Positions 17,104 to 27,171 of a stretch of DNA of 64,000 nucleotides are shown here, piece by piece. The notes under the pieces were generated by a model, which saw only the letters and a program-made list of their open reading frames with translations, was not told the DNA's origin and did no database searches. Position numbers and translations under genes: made by a program. The number at the start of each line of letters is the position of its first letter. Position 1 is the first letter of the stretch. Origin of the DNA: Rhodospirillaceae bacterium (GTDB lineage: Bacteria > Pseudomonadota > Alphaproteobacteria > Rhodospirillales > Rhodospirillaceae); assembly GCA_963662375.2 (NCBI GenBank), contig CAXXRP010000008.1:7738-71737 (forward strand), in the 5' to 3' direction.

Positions 17104-19032
17104 GTGGGGTCCTGTAAGATTATTGCCGTGAAAAACCTTCGAATTACCCCTCTTCCCAGACTTTTTGTGACGCTTTGCTGCGTCCTTGCCGGGTGCGATG
17201 ACGCCGCTGACAACACTGGGGTGGTTGCGCCTGAAACCGCAAGAGCTACTGCAGCGTCAATGATTGACGGCAAGGCTTTGTATTCTTCCAACTGTGCAGA
17301 ATGTCACGAAGGACAAATATCCAGATCGCCGCATTTCAGCCTGCTTGAGCAAATGACACCTCGCGCAATTTTTGCCGCTCAGGAAACCGGCCTTATGAAA
17401 AGTCAAGCTGATGCCTTTTCATCAGCCCAGCGACAGGCAGTGGCCGAATTTATAAGTGGCCGGACGATGGGCGAAAAAAGTGACACGATAAGCGTTATAG
17501 CCTGTGCTGCTGGCACCAGCGCCTTCGATTATGCGGCGCCTCCCGATGTTGATGGCTGGGGGATGACCTACGGCAATCAACGTTATCTTCCACGCTCGGT
17601 GACAGGATTGAGCAAGGAGGATGTCCCTAGGCTGCGTCTGAAATGGGCATTTGCCTATCCCGATGCGATCAAGGCCCGTTCCCAGCCAGTTGTTGCAGGT
17701 GGTGCGCTTTTTGTCGGCAGTCACGATGGGACTGTTTTCTCGCTGGATCGGAAAACCGGTTGTGTCCGCTGGGCCTTCAAAGCCAGCGGGGAAGTGCGTA
17801 CTGGCATCGTTGCTGAAAAGTGGGATGCCGGAGATGACGATTCCAGCCCGAAGCTGTTTTTCGGGGACATCCTAGGAAATATCTATGCCGTCGATGCAGT
17901 CACTGGCCGCCTTATCTGGCGCGACCGGCCCGGCGACCATCCAAGTCTAACTATCACCGCTGCACCGGTACTGTATGAAGGACGGCTTTATGTTCCATTG
18001 TCTTCCCTGGAAGTGACAGCGGCAGCCAATCCGGAGTACGCCTGTTGCACCTTCCGCGGTGGCGTTGCCGCTTATGATGCTGCGAGCGGGGAAAACATAT
18101 GGACCACGCGGACTATTGCTGAAGAGCCCAGAGAAGTTGGCAAGAACAGCATTGGTACACCGAGAATTGCGCCATCTGGTGCGCCGGTTTGGGCAGGTGT
18201 GACCGTCGATGAGAAAAGACGCCTCCTCTACATCGGCACTGGTGAGAATTACTCGTCCCCTGCCGATGGATCAAGCGATGCCATCATCGCCTTAAACATT
18301 GATAGTGGCGCGGTCGTGTGGATCATGCAGGCCTCTGCAGGTGACGCCTGGAATATGGCGTGCGAGGCAGAGGATCGAGTCAATTGCCCGCCTGAGGACG
18401 GACCTGATTACGATTTCGGGGCCGCACCCATCCTGGCTACGACACCCGACGGCAAGGATATCATTCTCGCGGGGCAGAAGTCTGGTGAGGTATTCGGCCT
18501 CGATCCCGATGATGGTGGCAAAATACTCTGGAGGAAAAAGCTGGGCCGTGGCGGCATCCAGGGCGGCGTTCACTTTGGCATGGCTGCGGACGGCAACATT
18601 TTGTATGTGCCGATGTCGGATTTTTTCGGCGGACCAAGGTGGCCCGGTGAAGCGAAGCCGGGAATGTTTGCGCTGAACATCGCCGATGGCGAGACGCTCT
18701 GGTTTTCGCCCGCACCCAACCCTTGTGAAGACAGGCAGTATTGCGATCCTGGCTATTCTGCGGCTGCGACAGCCATACCCGGAGCCGTTTTTGCCGGTTC
18801 AATGGATGGCCATTTGCGAGCCTTTGACAAAGACACTGGCGCAGTTATCTGGGATTTTGACACGGCGAAAGAGTTTGAGACCGTGTCCGGCGAGACAGCC
18901 CGGGGCGGGTCGTTCGGAGGAGGACTGGGGCCGGTATTCAAAGACGGTATGATGTACATCAATTCCGGATACGGCTTTGCTTTTCATATGCCGGGAAATG
19001 TCCTTCTAGCCTTCAGCCTGGAGGATCAATAG
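17104..19032 (+). CDS. Cytochrome c-fused PQQ-type beta-propeller dehydrogenase (polyvinyl-alcohol-dehydrogenase-like), probable lipoprotein
   Basis: Lipobox VLAGC. Haem c site NCAECHEG. Repeated beta-propeller blocks follow (VVAGGALFVGSHDGTVFSLDRKTG, GNIYAVDAVTGRLIW, GEVFGLDPDDGGKILW, GHLRAFDKDTGAVIW). The start is either GTG at 17104 or GTG at 17128. Confidence 0.75.
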   Translation: MGSCKIIAVKNLRITPLPRLFVTLCCVLAGCDDAADNTGVVAPETARATAASMIDGKALYSSNCAECHEGQISRSPHFSLLEQMTPRAIFAAQETGLMKSQADAFSSAQRQAVAEFISGRTMGEKSDTISVIACAAGTSAFDYAAPPDVDGWGMTYGNQRYLPRSVTGLSKEDVPRLRLKWAFAYPDAIKARSQPVVAGGALFVGSHDGTVFSLDRKTGCVRWAFKASGEVRTGIVAEKWDAGDDDSSPKLFFGDILGNIYAVDAVTGRLIWRDRPGDHPSLTITAAPVLYEGRLYVPLSSLEVTAAANPEYACCTFRGGVAAYDAASGENIWTTRTIAEEPREVGKNSIGTPRIAPSGAPVWAGVTVDEKRRLLYIGTGENYSSPADGSSDAIIALNIDSGAVVWIMQASAGDAWNMACEAEDRVNCPPEDGPDYDFGAAPILATTPDGKDIILAGQKSGEVFGLDPDDGGKILWRKKLGRGGIQGGVHFGMAADGNILYVPMSDFFGGPRWPGEAKPGMFALNIADGETLWFSPAPNPCEDRQYCDPGYSAAATAIPGAVFAGSMDGHLRAFDKDTGAVIWDFDTAKEFETVSGETARGGSFGGGLGPVFKDGMMYINSGYGFAFHMPGNVLLAFSLEDQ

Positions 19033-19138
19033 CACCACATGGGCAGGTGGTATTTTCTTCTCCCTGGCACCACAGCGGTGCAGCGGTCAGCACCTAATGG
19101 TCGCTTGACGACAGAACATCTGCAGTCCAGAATTTGAG

Positions 19139-19167
19139 TATAATTCTAAACTCTCGATCAATCGAGA
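19139..19167 (+). promoter_or_regulatory. TATAAT hexamer followed 7 nt later by the perfect palindrome TCTCGAT-CA-ATCGAGA (candidate promoter/operator for the low-GC two-gene module)
   Basis: TATAAT lies at 19139-19144 and the palindrome at 19152-19167. No good -35 element was seen. Confidence 0.3.
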
Positions 19168-19279
19168 CAGATGGACCCAAGGCAACCTGACCAACAGGTC
19201 AATCAATTCCGTTACCTGGAGGAGAGTAAATTGTGGCCGACGATGAAGTAGAAAATGGCGACGCCCGGTATTCGATCCG

Positions 19280-19834
19280 GTGAAACTTGAGCAAGTCGAT
19301 GTCAACAAAGACTATCCGATGGAGCCGGATGAATTCGATATACTGTACAAGCACAACTGTTATTGCTTCATGGCCCACATTTCCAAGTATGGCTACCCCA
19401 TCGTGACGCCGATGTTCTATGTCGTGCTGGAAGACGGGTATGTTTACATCAGCAGCGTGCAGAAATACCGTCATAAGATCGATCAGCTGATCGCCAATCC
19501 AAAAATTTCCGTCAGCATCTGTAATGACGGTTCAAACGCCAAGTGCCAAAAGTCCATCCAGATCATCGGCAATGCAGAAATATCTTTTGATCAAGAGCTG
19601 CTGACCAAAGTGCACTGGGCCATCATCGACAAATACTGGTGGGATCTGAAAAGCGAAGAAATACGTCAAGCTGCCTTTAAAGGGGTGCATACGCCGAACA
19701 GGGCTATCATCAAGGTGATCCCCAACAAGAATTCACCAACGTCATGGGATTTTGGCAAAATGGTAAACATGTATGAACGTGGTATCTGGTTCAACGAGGC
19801 GTACCAAATGTGCAGCCCACACGACGTTCGGTAA
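19280..19834 (+). CDS. Pyridoxamine-5'-phosphate-oxidase-like split beta-barrel protein (FDOR/PPOX class, possibly F420-dependent)
   Basis: CFMAHISKYGYPIVTPMFYVVLEDGYVYISSVQKYRHKIDQLIANPKISVSI...IQIIGNAEI follows the PPOX/FDOR pattern. The cofactor (FMN, F420 or haem) cannot be assigned from sequence alone. The start is GTG at 19280 or ATG at 19319. GC content is visibly lower than in the neighbouring genes. Confidence 0.55.
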   Translation: MKLEQVDVNKDYPMEPDEFDILYKHNCYCFMAHISKYGYPIVTPMFYVVLEDGYVYISSVQKYRHKIDQLIANPKISVSICNDGSNAKCQKSIQIIGNAEISFDQELLTKVHWAIIDKYWWDLKSEEIRQAAFKGVHTPNRAIIKVIPNKNSPTSWDFGKMVNMYERGIWFNEAYQMCSPHDVR

Positions 19835-19912
19835 AACCACCATTCAATAACTGTGGCAGGGCTTGACCATGGCAGAAATGGGCGAGCCCTGTTTTTTCTG
19901 AGGAGCTCAAAA

Positions 19913-21574
19913 ATGGGCCAGTGGGACGATAAATCTGAAAAAGCTGCGCGGAAGTGGGAGTCGTGGAACATGCAGGAATACGCTCAGGAGGAGCGTGTTC
20001 TCACCGATATCATCGAAGACAAGGCCCGACAAAATCCCAACCATGTAGTTTTCCAGTTTTGTGACGACCCCATCACACTGGGTGAACTCAACGACCAGAT
20101 CAACAAGGTCGCCAATGGGTTTTTGGCGTTGGGCGTCAAGAAGGGCGACAAGGTGGCGATCATGCTGCCGAACTGCCCAGAATTTCTCTACACTTGGTTC
20201 GGATTAAACAAGATCGGCGCTGTCGAAGTGCCGATCAATTCGGCCCTAAAAGGGGATGGCCTGACCTATCAGATCGTGCATTCTGATTGTGTGGCTCTCG
20301 TGGCGGATACACAATTCCTAGAAAACTTGAACAATGTGGCAGAAAAGCTGACGAAGGTCCGCTATACGATTTTTCTCGATACACAGGGGTCACAAGACGG
20401 CGTGCCCAAATTACCGGGTTGCGAAGAAATGAGCTTCGCCGACTTCAGTGATAGGCCATCGACGAGCCCGGACGTCAAGGTCCACTTCAATGACATGGCC
20501 TGCATTCTTTTTACCTCGGGCACCACAGGCGTTTCCAAGGGCGTGGAGATTAGTAACCATTACTGGTACGAAATCTGGTCTGAATCGGTGAAATATTCGC
20601 GCTATACCGAAGACGATACCCTCTATACGGGATTACCGTTTTTCCATGGCAATGCCCAGGGCATTACCATCGGCCCGGCCATTCTAGCCGATGCCAAAGC
20701 TGTTATTGTCGAACGCTTTTCGGCTAGCAGCCTGTGGGACGATTGCCGTCGGTGGGAGTGTACCGAAGCCAACTATATCGGTGGCATAATCCCGATCTTG
20801 CTGAAACAAGAAAAACGGGAGAACGATGCTGATAACCCAATTCGTTTGATGGTTGGTGCCGCCGCCCCGCAAGACGAATGGCACGAGTTCCAGCGGCGTT
20901 TCAACACGAAGATCCTGGAAGTCTACGGCATGACCGAGTGTTACTGCTGCCTCGCCAGCCCTTATGATGAACCTCGCGCAGGCTCATGCGGCAAGGCCAT
21001 CACCGGCTGGGATGTAAAGATAGTTGACGATGACAACAATGAATGCGTGCCCGGTAAGCTCGGCGAATTTACTACTCGGTCCCAACGGGAATATGTCGGC
21101 ACGACAGGTTATTACAACAATCCGGAAGCCACGTCCGACCTTATCCGGAAAGGCTGGATTCATACTGGTGATCTGGGTCGCATGGACGAAGACGGCTATT
21201 TCTTTTTTGTTGACAGAAAAAAGCAGGCGATCAGGCGTCGCGGCGAAAATATTTCGTCATTTGAAGTGGAATCAGTCATCAGCAGTCACGACGCGGTCCT
21301 GGAATCCTGCGTCGTCGGTGTGCCTTCGGATGTTGGCGAGGAAGAAGTGAAGGCCGTCATCGTGCTGAAAGATGGCCAGACCGCCACCGAAGAAGACTTG
21401 ATACATTGGTGTGAGCCGCGCTTGGCCTATTTTGCCATACCCCGCTACATCGCCATCCGCAAGGAATTGCCCAAGACGCCCAGCGAGAGGGTGGAAAAAT
21501 TCAAGATCAAGAAGGAAGGCATCACCGAAGACTGCTGGGACCGCGAGGAGGCGGGCATCGTGCTGAAGCGATAG
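19913..21574 (+). CDS. AMP-forming acyl-CoA synthetase/ligase (ANL superfamily)
   Basis: LFTSGTTGVSKGV, YGMTE, GWIHTGDLGRMDEDGYFFFVDRKK and the C-terminal PKTPSERVEKF. Start trimmed to the ATG at 19913, which is preceded by GAGGAG. Confidence 0.85.
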   Translation: MGQWDDKSEKAARKWESWNMQEYAQEERVLTDIIEDKARQNPNHVVFQFCDDPITLGELNDQINKVANGFLALGVKKGDKVAIMLPNCPEFLYTWFGLNKIGAVEVPINSALKGDGLTYQIVHSDCVALVADTQFLENLNNVAEKLTKVRYTIFLDTQGSQDGVPKLPGCEEMSFADFSDRPSTSPDVKVHFNDMACILFTSGTTGVSKGVEISNHYWYEIWSESVKYSRYTEDDTLYTGLPFFHGNAQGITIGPAILADAKAVIVERFSASSLWDDCRRWECTEANYIGGIIPILLKQEKRENDADNPIRLMVGAAAPQDEWHEFQRRFNTKILEVYGMTECYCCLASPYDEPRAGSCGKAITGWDVKIVDDDNNECVPGKLGEFTTRSQREYVGTTGYYNNPEATSDLIRKGWIHTGDLGRMDEDGYFFFVDRKKQAIRRRGENISSFEVESVISSHDAVLESCVVGVPSDVGEEEVKAVIVLKDGQTATEEDLIHWCEPRLAYFAIPRYIAIRKELPKTPSERVEKFKIKKEGITEDCWDREEAGIVLKR

Positions 21575-21621
21575 CGGGAGCTCGCGGTTTTGCGCTGGTC
21601 CATTGATCGAAAGGACAGCAT

Positions 21622-23376
21622 ATGGCCAAGCAACAGGACAACCAACAAAACGGAATGACGCGACGCCGGGTTCTCGCTGGCGCGGGCGCAACCACTGCGG
21701 CGCTAGGCGCTGTAAGCCTCACTTCGGCCTGTGCGGTTGAGGGATACACATGGGACCACGAAGCGGACATCGTGGTGGTTGGCAGCGGTATAGGCGCGGC
21801 AACTGCGGCGGTAACGGCGCGCGAGCAAGGAGATTCGGTCACGCTGATCGAAAAGGACGTCTTTTTTGGCGGCACCTCTTCGAAAACCGCCGCCGTCCTC
21901 TGGATTCCCAACAACTTCACGCTGCGGGAAAAGGGAATCAAGGACAGCAAGGAAGATTGCCTTCGTTATCTAGCGCGGTTTTCCTATCCCGAAAAATTTA
22001 CAGCCGACAGCCCGACGCTGGGGCTGAGCGATAGCGCCTACGCGTTGCTTGGGGCCTTTTATGACAATGCGTCTGATGCGATCGATAAGTTGCGTAACGT
22101 GGGCGCACTCAATACCACCGAATGGCGCATGTCCTCTCTGGCCGGCCCGACGCCTGATTATCTAGATAATGTGCCCGAGAACAAGGTGCCGGCCGGTCGG
22201 GGGCTTGGCGTGCTCGACGAGAATGGCGACATCGGTTTGGGCGGCGAGATGATGGAGCAAATGCACGCCGCCGTCGAAAGTCGCCAGGTCACAATACTTT
22301 ACGAGCACCGAGCGATACGGTTGGTAATGGATAACAATGGCCGCGCTATAGGTGTTGAAGCTGACAATAATGGAACGAAAGTGTCTTTGCGCGCCCGGAA
22401 GGGCCTGATCTTCGGAACCGGTGGCTACGCCCATAACCCTGAGGCGGTGGCGCGCTATCAGCGAAATCATCTGTACGGTTCTTGCGCCATGCCCGCCGCG
22501 ACCGGCGATTTTATCGATATTGCCAGCGCCGCCGGCGCACGTCTCGGCAATATGTCGGGCGCATGGCGTACCCAGGTTGTCCTGGAAGGAGCGCTGGAGG
22601 ATTCGCTGCTGGCCGGAGGCATCTTTTACCCGCCCGGCGACTCCATGTTTCAGGTCAACAAATACGGTGTTCGAGTAGTCAACGAGAACCGCAACTACAA
22701 CGACCGCACTGAGGCACACGGGCATTACGATCCGTCAAAGGCCGAATATCCCAACCAGCTCTTGTTCATGATCTATGACCAGCGCACGGCTGAAGCCTAT
22801 GCTGGTGCTTATCCGCTACCTTCCAGCCCGACCGGAGCCGATGAAGTGGTGTCTGCGGATTCCCTGAACGGTCTGGCCGGCGAGATTGGAAGGCGCCTTA
22901 AAAAGCTTTCGGCGCGGGTTGGCGGCTTTACGCTTGATGCCTCCTTCGCCGGCAACCTCAAAGACACTGTGGCGCGCTTTAATAGTTTTGCCCGGGCCGG
23001 TAAGGATGAGGATTTCGGACGGGGTGAAGCTGCCTACGACATTGAATGGTTTCAGTTCTTCTCACCGATGCAGCCTGATACCGACTGGCTAGAAAATGAG
23101 TATCCTATCGTGACGATGCATCCACTCCGGGACGAGGGCCCATATTACGCCATCATCCTGGCCGCTGGAGCGTTGGACACCAATGGCGGGCCAGTGATTG
23201 ACGCCAGTGCCCGCGTTCTGGACAACCACGGCGAGCCGATTCCCGGCCTTTATGGCGTCGGCAATTGTATCGCTAGCCCTTCGCGAGATGCCTATTGGGG
23301 AGGAGGTTGCCCGTTGGGACTGTCGTGCACATTCGGCTATATAGCCGCAAATGCGGCCCACGCTGACGGCAATTAG
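21622..23376 (+). CDS. Tat-exported FAD-dependent oxidoreductase (3-ketosteroid-delta1-dehydrogenase/fumarate-reductase flavoprotein-like)
   Basis: Twin-arginine signal MTRRRVLAGAGATTAALGAVSL. FAD dinucleotide fold DIVVVGSGIGAATAAVTAREQGDSVTLIEK..FGGTS. C-terminal GLYGVGNC. Confidence 0.8.
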   Translation: MAKQQDNQQNGMTRRRVLAGAGATTAALGAVSLTSACAVEGYTWDHEADIVVVGSGIGAATAAVTAREQGDSVTLIEKDVFFGGTSSKTAAVLWIPNNFTLREKGIKDSKEDCLRYLARFSYPEKFTADSPTLGLSDSAYALLGAFYDNASDAIDKLRNVGALNTTEWRMSSLAGPTPDYLDNVPENKVPAGRGLGVLDENGDIGLGGEMMEQMHAAVESRQVTILYEHRAIRLVMDNNGRAIGVEADNNGTKVSLRARKGLIFGTGGYAHNPEAVARYQRNHLYGSCAMPAATGDFIDIASAAGARLGNMSGAWRTQVVLEGALEDSLLAGGIFYPPGDSMFQVNKYGVRVVNENRNYNDRTEAHGHYDPSKAEYPNQLLFMIYDQRTAEAYAGAYPLPSSPTGADEVVSADSLNGLAGEIGRRLKKLSARVGGFTLDASFAGNLKDTVARFNSFARAGKDEDFGRGEAAYDIEWFQFFSPMQPDTDWLENEYPIVTMHPLRDEGPYYAIILAAGALDTNGGPVIDASARVLDNHGEPIPGLYGVGNCIASPSRDAYWGGGCPLGLSCTFGYIAANAAHADGN

Positions 23377-23420
23377 AATGGGCGGGCCTAGCGAGGTCTA
23401 TTGGAAAAAGGCACGGCCTC

Positions 23421-23921
23421 GTGACTGCTAACGATAACTGGCAAGCCCAAATCGAGGCTTTGTTGCGCCGTGTGGACGAACTGGAAAGCCGTGCCGCGCT
23501 GCGCGACTTGGTCACCGACTATTGCCTTGGATTTGATAACCACAATTGGGATCAGTTCATTGCGATCTGGCACAAAGATGCCGTTTGGGAAATTGGCGCT
23601 CCGTTCGGCACCTTTACCGGCCACACTGGCATCCGGAAAGCGGTCTTTGACGTTCTTTATCCTGTCTGGCGCGAAACCCATCACTTGACATCCAATCTCC
23701 GCCTGGAGTTTAACGATGCCGACCATGCCCGGGGCGTCTGCAATGTCGACTGCATGGGCGCAACCAAGGACGACATTGTGCAGATGATCAGCGCCACCTA
23801 CGCTGATGATTTTGAGCGCCGCGACGGGGTCTGGAAAATCGCTAATCGCGCCGTCACCATCCACTATTTCAATCCCATTCCGGGCGCTGAGATGGGTGCT
23901 CCGGAAGTGGCGGAGGACTGA
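23421..23921 (+). CDS. SnoaL-like/NTF2-fold protein
   Basis: 166 aa. LRDLVTDYCLGFDNHNWDQFIAIWHKDAVW...HHLTSNLRLEF follows the NTF2-like pattern. GTG start. Confidence 0.65.
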   Translation: MTANDNWQAQIEALLRRVDELESRAALRDLVTDYCLGFDNHNWDQFIAIWHKDAVWEIGAPFGTFTGHTGIRKAVFDVLYPVWRETHHLTSNLRLEFNDADHARGVCNVDCMGATKDDIVQMISATYADDFERRDGVWKIANRAVTIHYFNPIPGAEMGAPEVAED

Positions 23922-23950
23922 ACTTTACGCGATCTGCCGCGAAAGTCAGG

Positions 23951-24958
23951 ATGGCGCGCATGAATGATCGAAGCGAATGGCTGTCGACGACCGTCGAGGA
24001 GCCGCTGGACCCGGACCTGGAAATTTGCGACGCCCACCATCATCTCTGGGATCGTGGAGGCCACTACTATCTTGCCAATGAATTCATCGAAGACACCAAG
24101 GGCCACTGCGTTACCAAATCTGTCTACGTCGAGTGTCTATCAATGTATTGCGAGGATGGTCCCGAGGCACTCTATCCCGTCGGTGAAACCGAATTTGTCG
24201 AGCGCATCACTTCCACCGCACAATCACACGTGAGCGGTCTGCAAGTGGCGGCGGGCATCATTGGATTCGCCGAATTGACTCTGGGCGCTACGGTTCTCCC
24301 CGTGCTGGAGGCTCATATTGAAGCCAGCCCGCGGTTTCGGGGTATCCGGTACGCGACCGCATGGGATGCCAGCGACAAAATCCACAACGCCCATACAACG
24401 CCCAGCCAATATTTGTTTGGTGAGGCTGATTTTCGCGAGGGATTTTCTTGCCTGGGTGAGCTTGATTTGACCTTTGACGCCTCGCTCTATTTCCACCAGA
24501 TTCCCGAACTCGTCGATCTGGCCAGAACCTTCCCCACTACAACTATCATCCTCAACCATGTCGGTGCGCCCATCGGCATCGGTCCGTACGCCGGCAGGCG
24601 GGATGAAGTTTTTGCCACTTGGAAAGCGCACATTTCTGAGCTTGCCAAGTGCGACAATGTTTTAGTTAAGTTGGGTGGTTTGACCATGGCCATGGCCGGG
24701 TTCGGTTGGCATAGGCGAGACAAACCTGCCAGTTCCATGGATTTGGCCGAAGCGATGTCCCCCTACTACCGGGTTTGCATTGAACGTTTCGGCCCGGATC
24801 GCTGTATGTTCGAAAGCAATTTCCCGGTCGATGGCACCGGCGCGTCCTACACGATTCTGTGGAATGCTTTCAAGCGGGTCGCTAAAGAATATACGGAGGA
24901 TGAGCAACGCGCGCTCTTTTATGCCACCGCTGTCCACGCATACAGATTGGGGCGCTAG
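23951..24958 (+). CDS. Amidohydrolase-2 family metal-dependent hydrolase (lactonase/decarboxylase-type TIM barrel)
   Basis: ICDAHHHLWD metal-binding start, then ILNHVGAP, and FESNFPVD near the C-terminus. Confidence 0.8.
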   Translation: MARMNDRSEWLSTTVEEPLDPDLEICDAHHHLWDRGGHYYLANEFIEDTKGHCVTKSVYVECLSMYCEDGPEALYPVGETEFVERITSTAQSHVSGLQVAAGIIGFAELTLGATVLPVLEAHIEASPRFRGIRYATAWDASDKIHNAHTTPSQYLFGEADFREGFSCLGELDLTFDASLYFHQIPELVDLARTFPTTTIILNHVGAPIGIGPYAGRRDEVFATWKAHISELAKCDNVLVKLGGLTMAMAGFGWHRRDKPASSMDLAEAMSPYYRVCIERFGPDRCMFESNFPVDGTGASYTILWNAFKRVAKEYTEDEQRALFYATAVHAYRLGR

Positions 24959-25722
24959 TATTTCATACGCAAACCAGCATCAAGCCGGATCGTTTCCCCA
25001 TTGATGTACGGATTGAACACAATATGCTCGGCAAGCCAGGCGAACTCTTTGGGCTTGGCGAGGCGGCTAGGAAAGGGAATATCCTTGGCCAGATCTTCCT
25101 TGATTTCTGGCGCCAGCCCTTTGAGGATCGGTGTCTCGCATAAACCTGGCGCGATTGTCACGACGCGCACACCGTAAGACGCCAGGTCGCGCGCGATCGG
25201 CAAGGTAATGCCAACAAGTCCGCCCTTGCTGGCGGCGTATGCGACCTGCCCCTTCTGTCCCTCAAAGGCAGCGATTGACGCGGTGTTGATTACAACGCCG
25301 CGCTCACCGTTTTCATTTGGCTCATTCTCGCTCATCTTTTCGACAGCTTGCGTGAGTACATTAAATGTACCGATCAGGTTGATGTTTATAACGTGCCTGA
25401 ACAGCTCCATCGGGAAGCGCCCTTTCCTTCCGTAGGTCTTGGTGGCGCCGCCACCGCGGCCAGCGCAATTGACGCAGACATGGATGGCGCTGAGGGTCTT
25501 CATAACCCGATCAATTCCGGCGCTGACAGATGCATCGTCGGCCACATTGACCTGGCAAAAGATTACGTCCTCACCCAGTTCCTCCGCTAACGCATTGCCC
25601 CGCTCCTCGTTCAGGTCGAAGATTGCGACTTTTGCTTCCTGTTCGGCAAACTGCCGTACCGTTGCTTCGCCGAGCCCCGATGCGCCGCCGGTTACAATCG
25701 CCACATTATTCTGCAAATTCAT
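24955..25722 (-). CDS. SDR, type-2 3-hydroxyacyl-CoA dehydrogenase (HSD10-like)
   Basis: [47 protein letters not shown] and [14 protein letters not shown]. Start trimmed to the ATG at 25722, which is preceded by GGAGAA. Confidence 0.85.
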   Translation of the reverse strand: MNLQNNVAIVTGGASGLGEATVRQFAEQEAKVAIFDLNEERGNALAEELGEDVIFCQVNVADDASVSAGIDRVMKTLSAIHVCVNCAGRGGGATKTYGRKGRFPMELFRHVININLIGTFNVLTQAVEKMSENEPNENGERGVVINTASIAAFEGQKGQVAYAASKGGLVGITLPIARDLASYGVRVVTIAPGLCETPILKGLAPEIKEDLAKDIPFPSRLAKPKEFAWLAEHIVFNPYINGETIRLDAGLRMKY

Positions 25723-25945
25723 CACTTTCTCCGCTTGCTCGAACACGCCGGTATCCATGACTTAAAGAAGAGCTATTGCTCTCTGGATTCCGGTTATTTT
25801 TGAATATATTTCAAAAAAATACTACCGTCCCTTTTCATTTTGGCAGACCCTTGGGATCGGATCAGGCACGGCATAATTTTGGATGGCTCAATGTAATGGT
25901 ATTGGCTGATCGTCGACAGAAATTTGAGTATTTGTGAGAGTAGGA

Positions 25946-27151
25946 ATGGCCATAGCATATGTATTTGATCACGTTCGGACACCTCGGGGAAAAGGACGCC
26001 CCAACGGCGCCCTGCACAGCGTTTCGCCGGTAAACTTGCTGGCGCAGGTGTTGATAAACCTGCGAGAGCGGAACGAACTTGACACATCTCTGGTCGAGGA
26101 CGTCATCGCTGGTTGCGGATCGCCCATTGGCGAACAGGGTAGTGCTATCGGGCGCAGCGCGTGTCTGGCAGCCAATTATGCCGTGACCACGCCTGGCCAG
26201 CAAATCCACCGCTTTTGCTCGTCGGGCCTTGAGGCGGTCAACATGGCGGCGGCCAAAATTGTTTCCGGGCAATGCGATCTGGTCATAGCCTGCGGCGTAG
26301 AGAGTATGTCGCGGATTCCCATTGGTTCGTCGGGAGGTGCCTGGTCATCCGACCCGTCGCTGGCTCACGAAATCTATTTTATTCCGCAAGGCATTTCCGC
26401 AGATCTAATCGCCACGATCCACGGATTTTCCCGTGCCGATGCAGATGCCTATGCAGTGGAAAGCCAGCGTCGCACTGGTTCGGCTTGGGACAAAGGGTAC
26501 TTTGACCACTCGGTCATTAGAGTAGTGGACGAGATTGGGATGACTCTACTGGAGCGCGACGAAGCCATGCGACCGGCGACGACCGTTGATGATCTGGATA
26601 GGTTGCCGCCAGCTTTTACCGGCCTCGGGGCAATGGGGTTCGACCAGCTGGCCGTCTTGAAATTCCCAGATGTAGAGAAGATTAACCACATTCATACTGC
26701 GGGCAATTCCAGTGCCATCGTCGATGGTGCAGGTTGCGCACTGATTGGCTCTGCCGAGATGGGTAAAAAACTTGGCCTGACACCGCGCGCTCGAATCCGC
26801 TCATGCGCTTCAGTGGGTACTGACCCGACACTCATGCTGACAGGCCCCACGCCGTCGGCCCAGAAGGCGCTGGAAAAGGCGGGCATGGAGAAATCTGATA
26901 TCGATCTGTTCGAACTCAATGAAGCCTTCGCCTCGGTCGTTTTGTTGTACATGGACGAGATGAACATTCCGCACGAGCAGATCAACGTTAATGGCGGCGC
27001 CATCGCCATGGGCCATCCGATTGGCGCAACTGGTCTCATGATCATGGGGACGGCCCTTGATGAGATGGAGCGGCGCGGCATCGGGACCGCGCTGGTTAAT
27101 CTGTGTGTAGGCGCCGGTATGGGCACTGCTACTATCATCGAACGCGCGTAA
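25946..27151 (+). CDS. Acetyl-CoA C-acyltransferase (true thiolase, FadA-like)
   Basis: The nucleophile motif RFCSSGLEAV is present, as are NVNGGAIAMGHPIGATG and the C-terminal LCVGAGMG. Confidence 0.9.
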   Translation: MAIAYVFDHVRTPRGKGRPNGALHSVSPVNLLAQVLINLRERNELDTSLVEDVIAGCGSPIGEQGSAIGRSACLAANYAVTTPGQQIHRFCSSGLEAVNMAAAKIVSGQCDLVIACGVESMSRIPIGSSGGAWSSDPSLAHEIYFIPQGISADLIATIHGFSRADADAYAVESQRRTGSAWDKGYFDHSVIRVVDEIGMTLLERDEAMRPATTVDDLDRLPPAFTGLGAMGFDQLAVLKFPDVEKINHIHTAGNSSAIVDGAGCALIGSAEMGKKLGLTPRARIRSCASVGTDPTLMLTGPTPSAQKALEKAGMEKSDIDLFELNEAFASVVLLYMDEMNIPHEQINVNGGAIAMGHPIGATGLMIMGTALDEMERRGIGTALVNLCVGAGMGTATIIERA

Positions 27152-27171
27152 GCGTCGGCGAGGACTTATTC

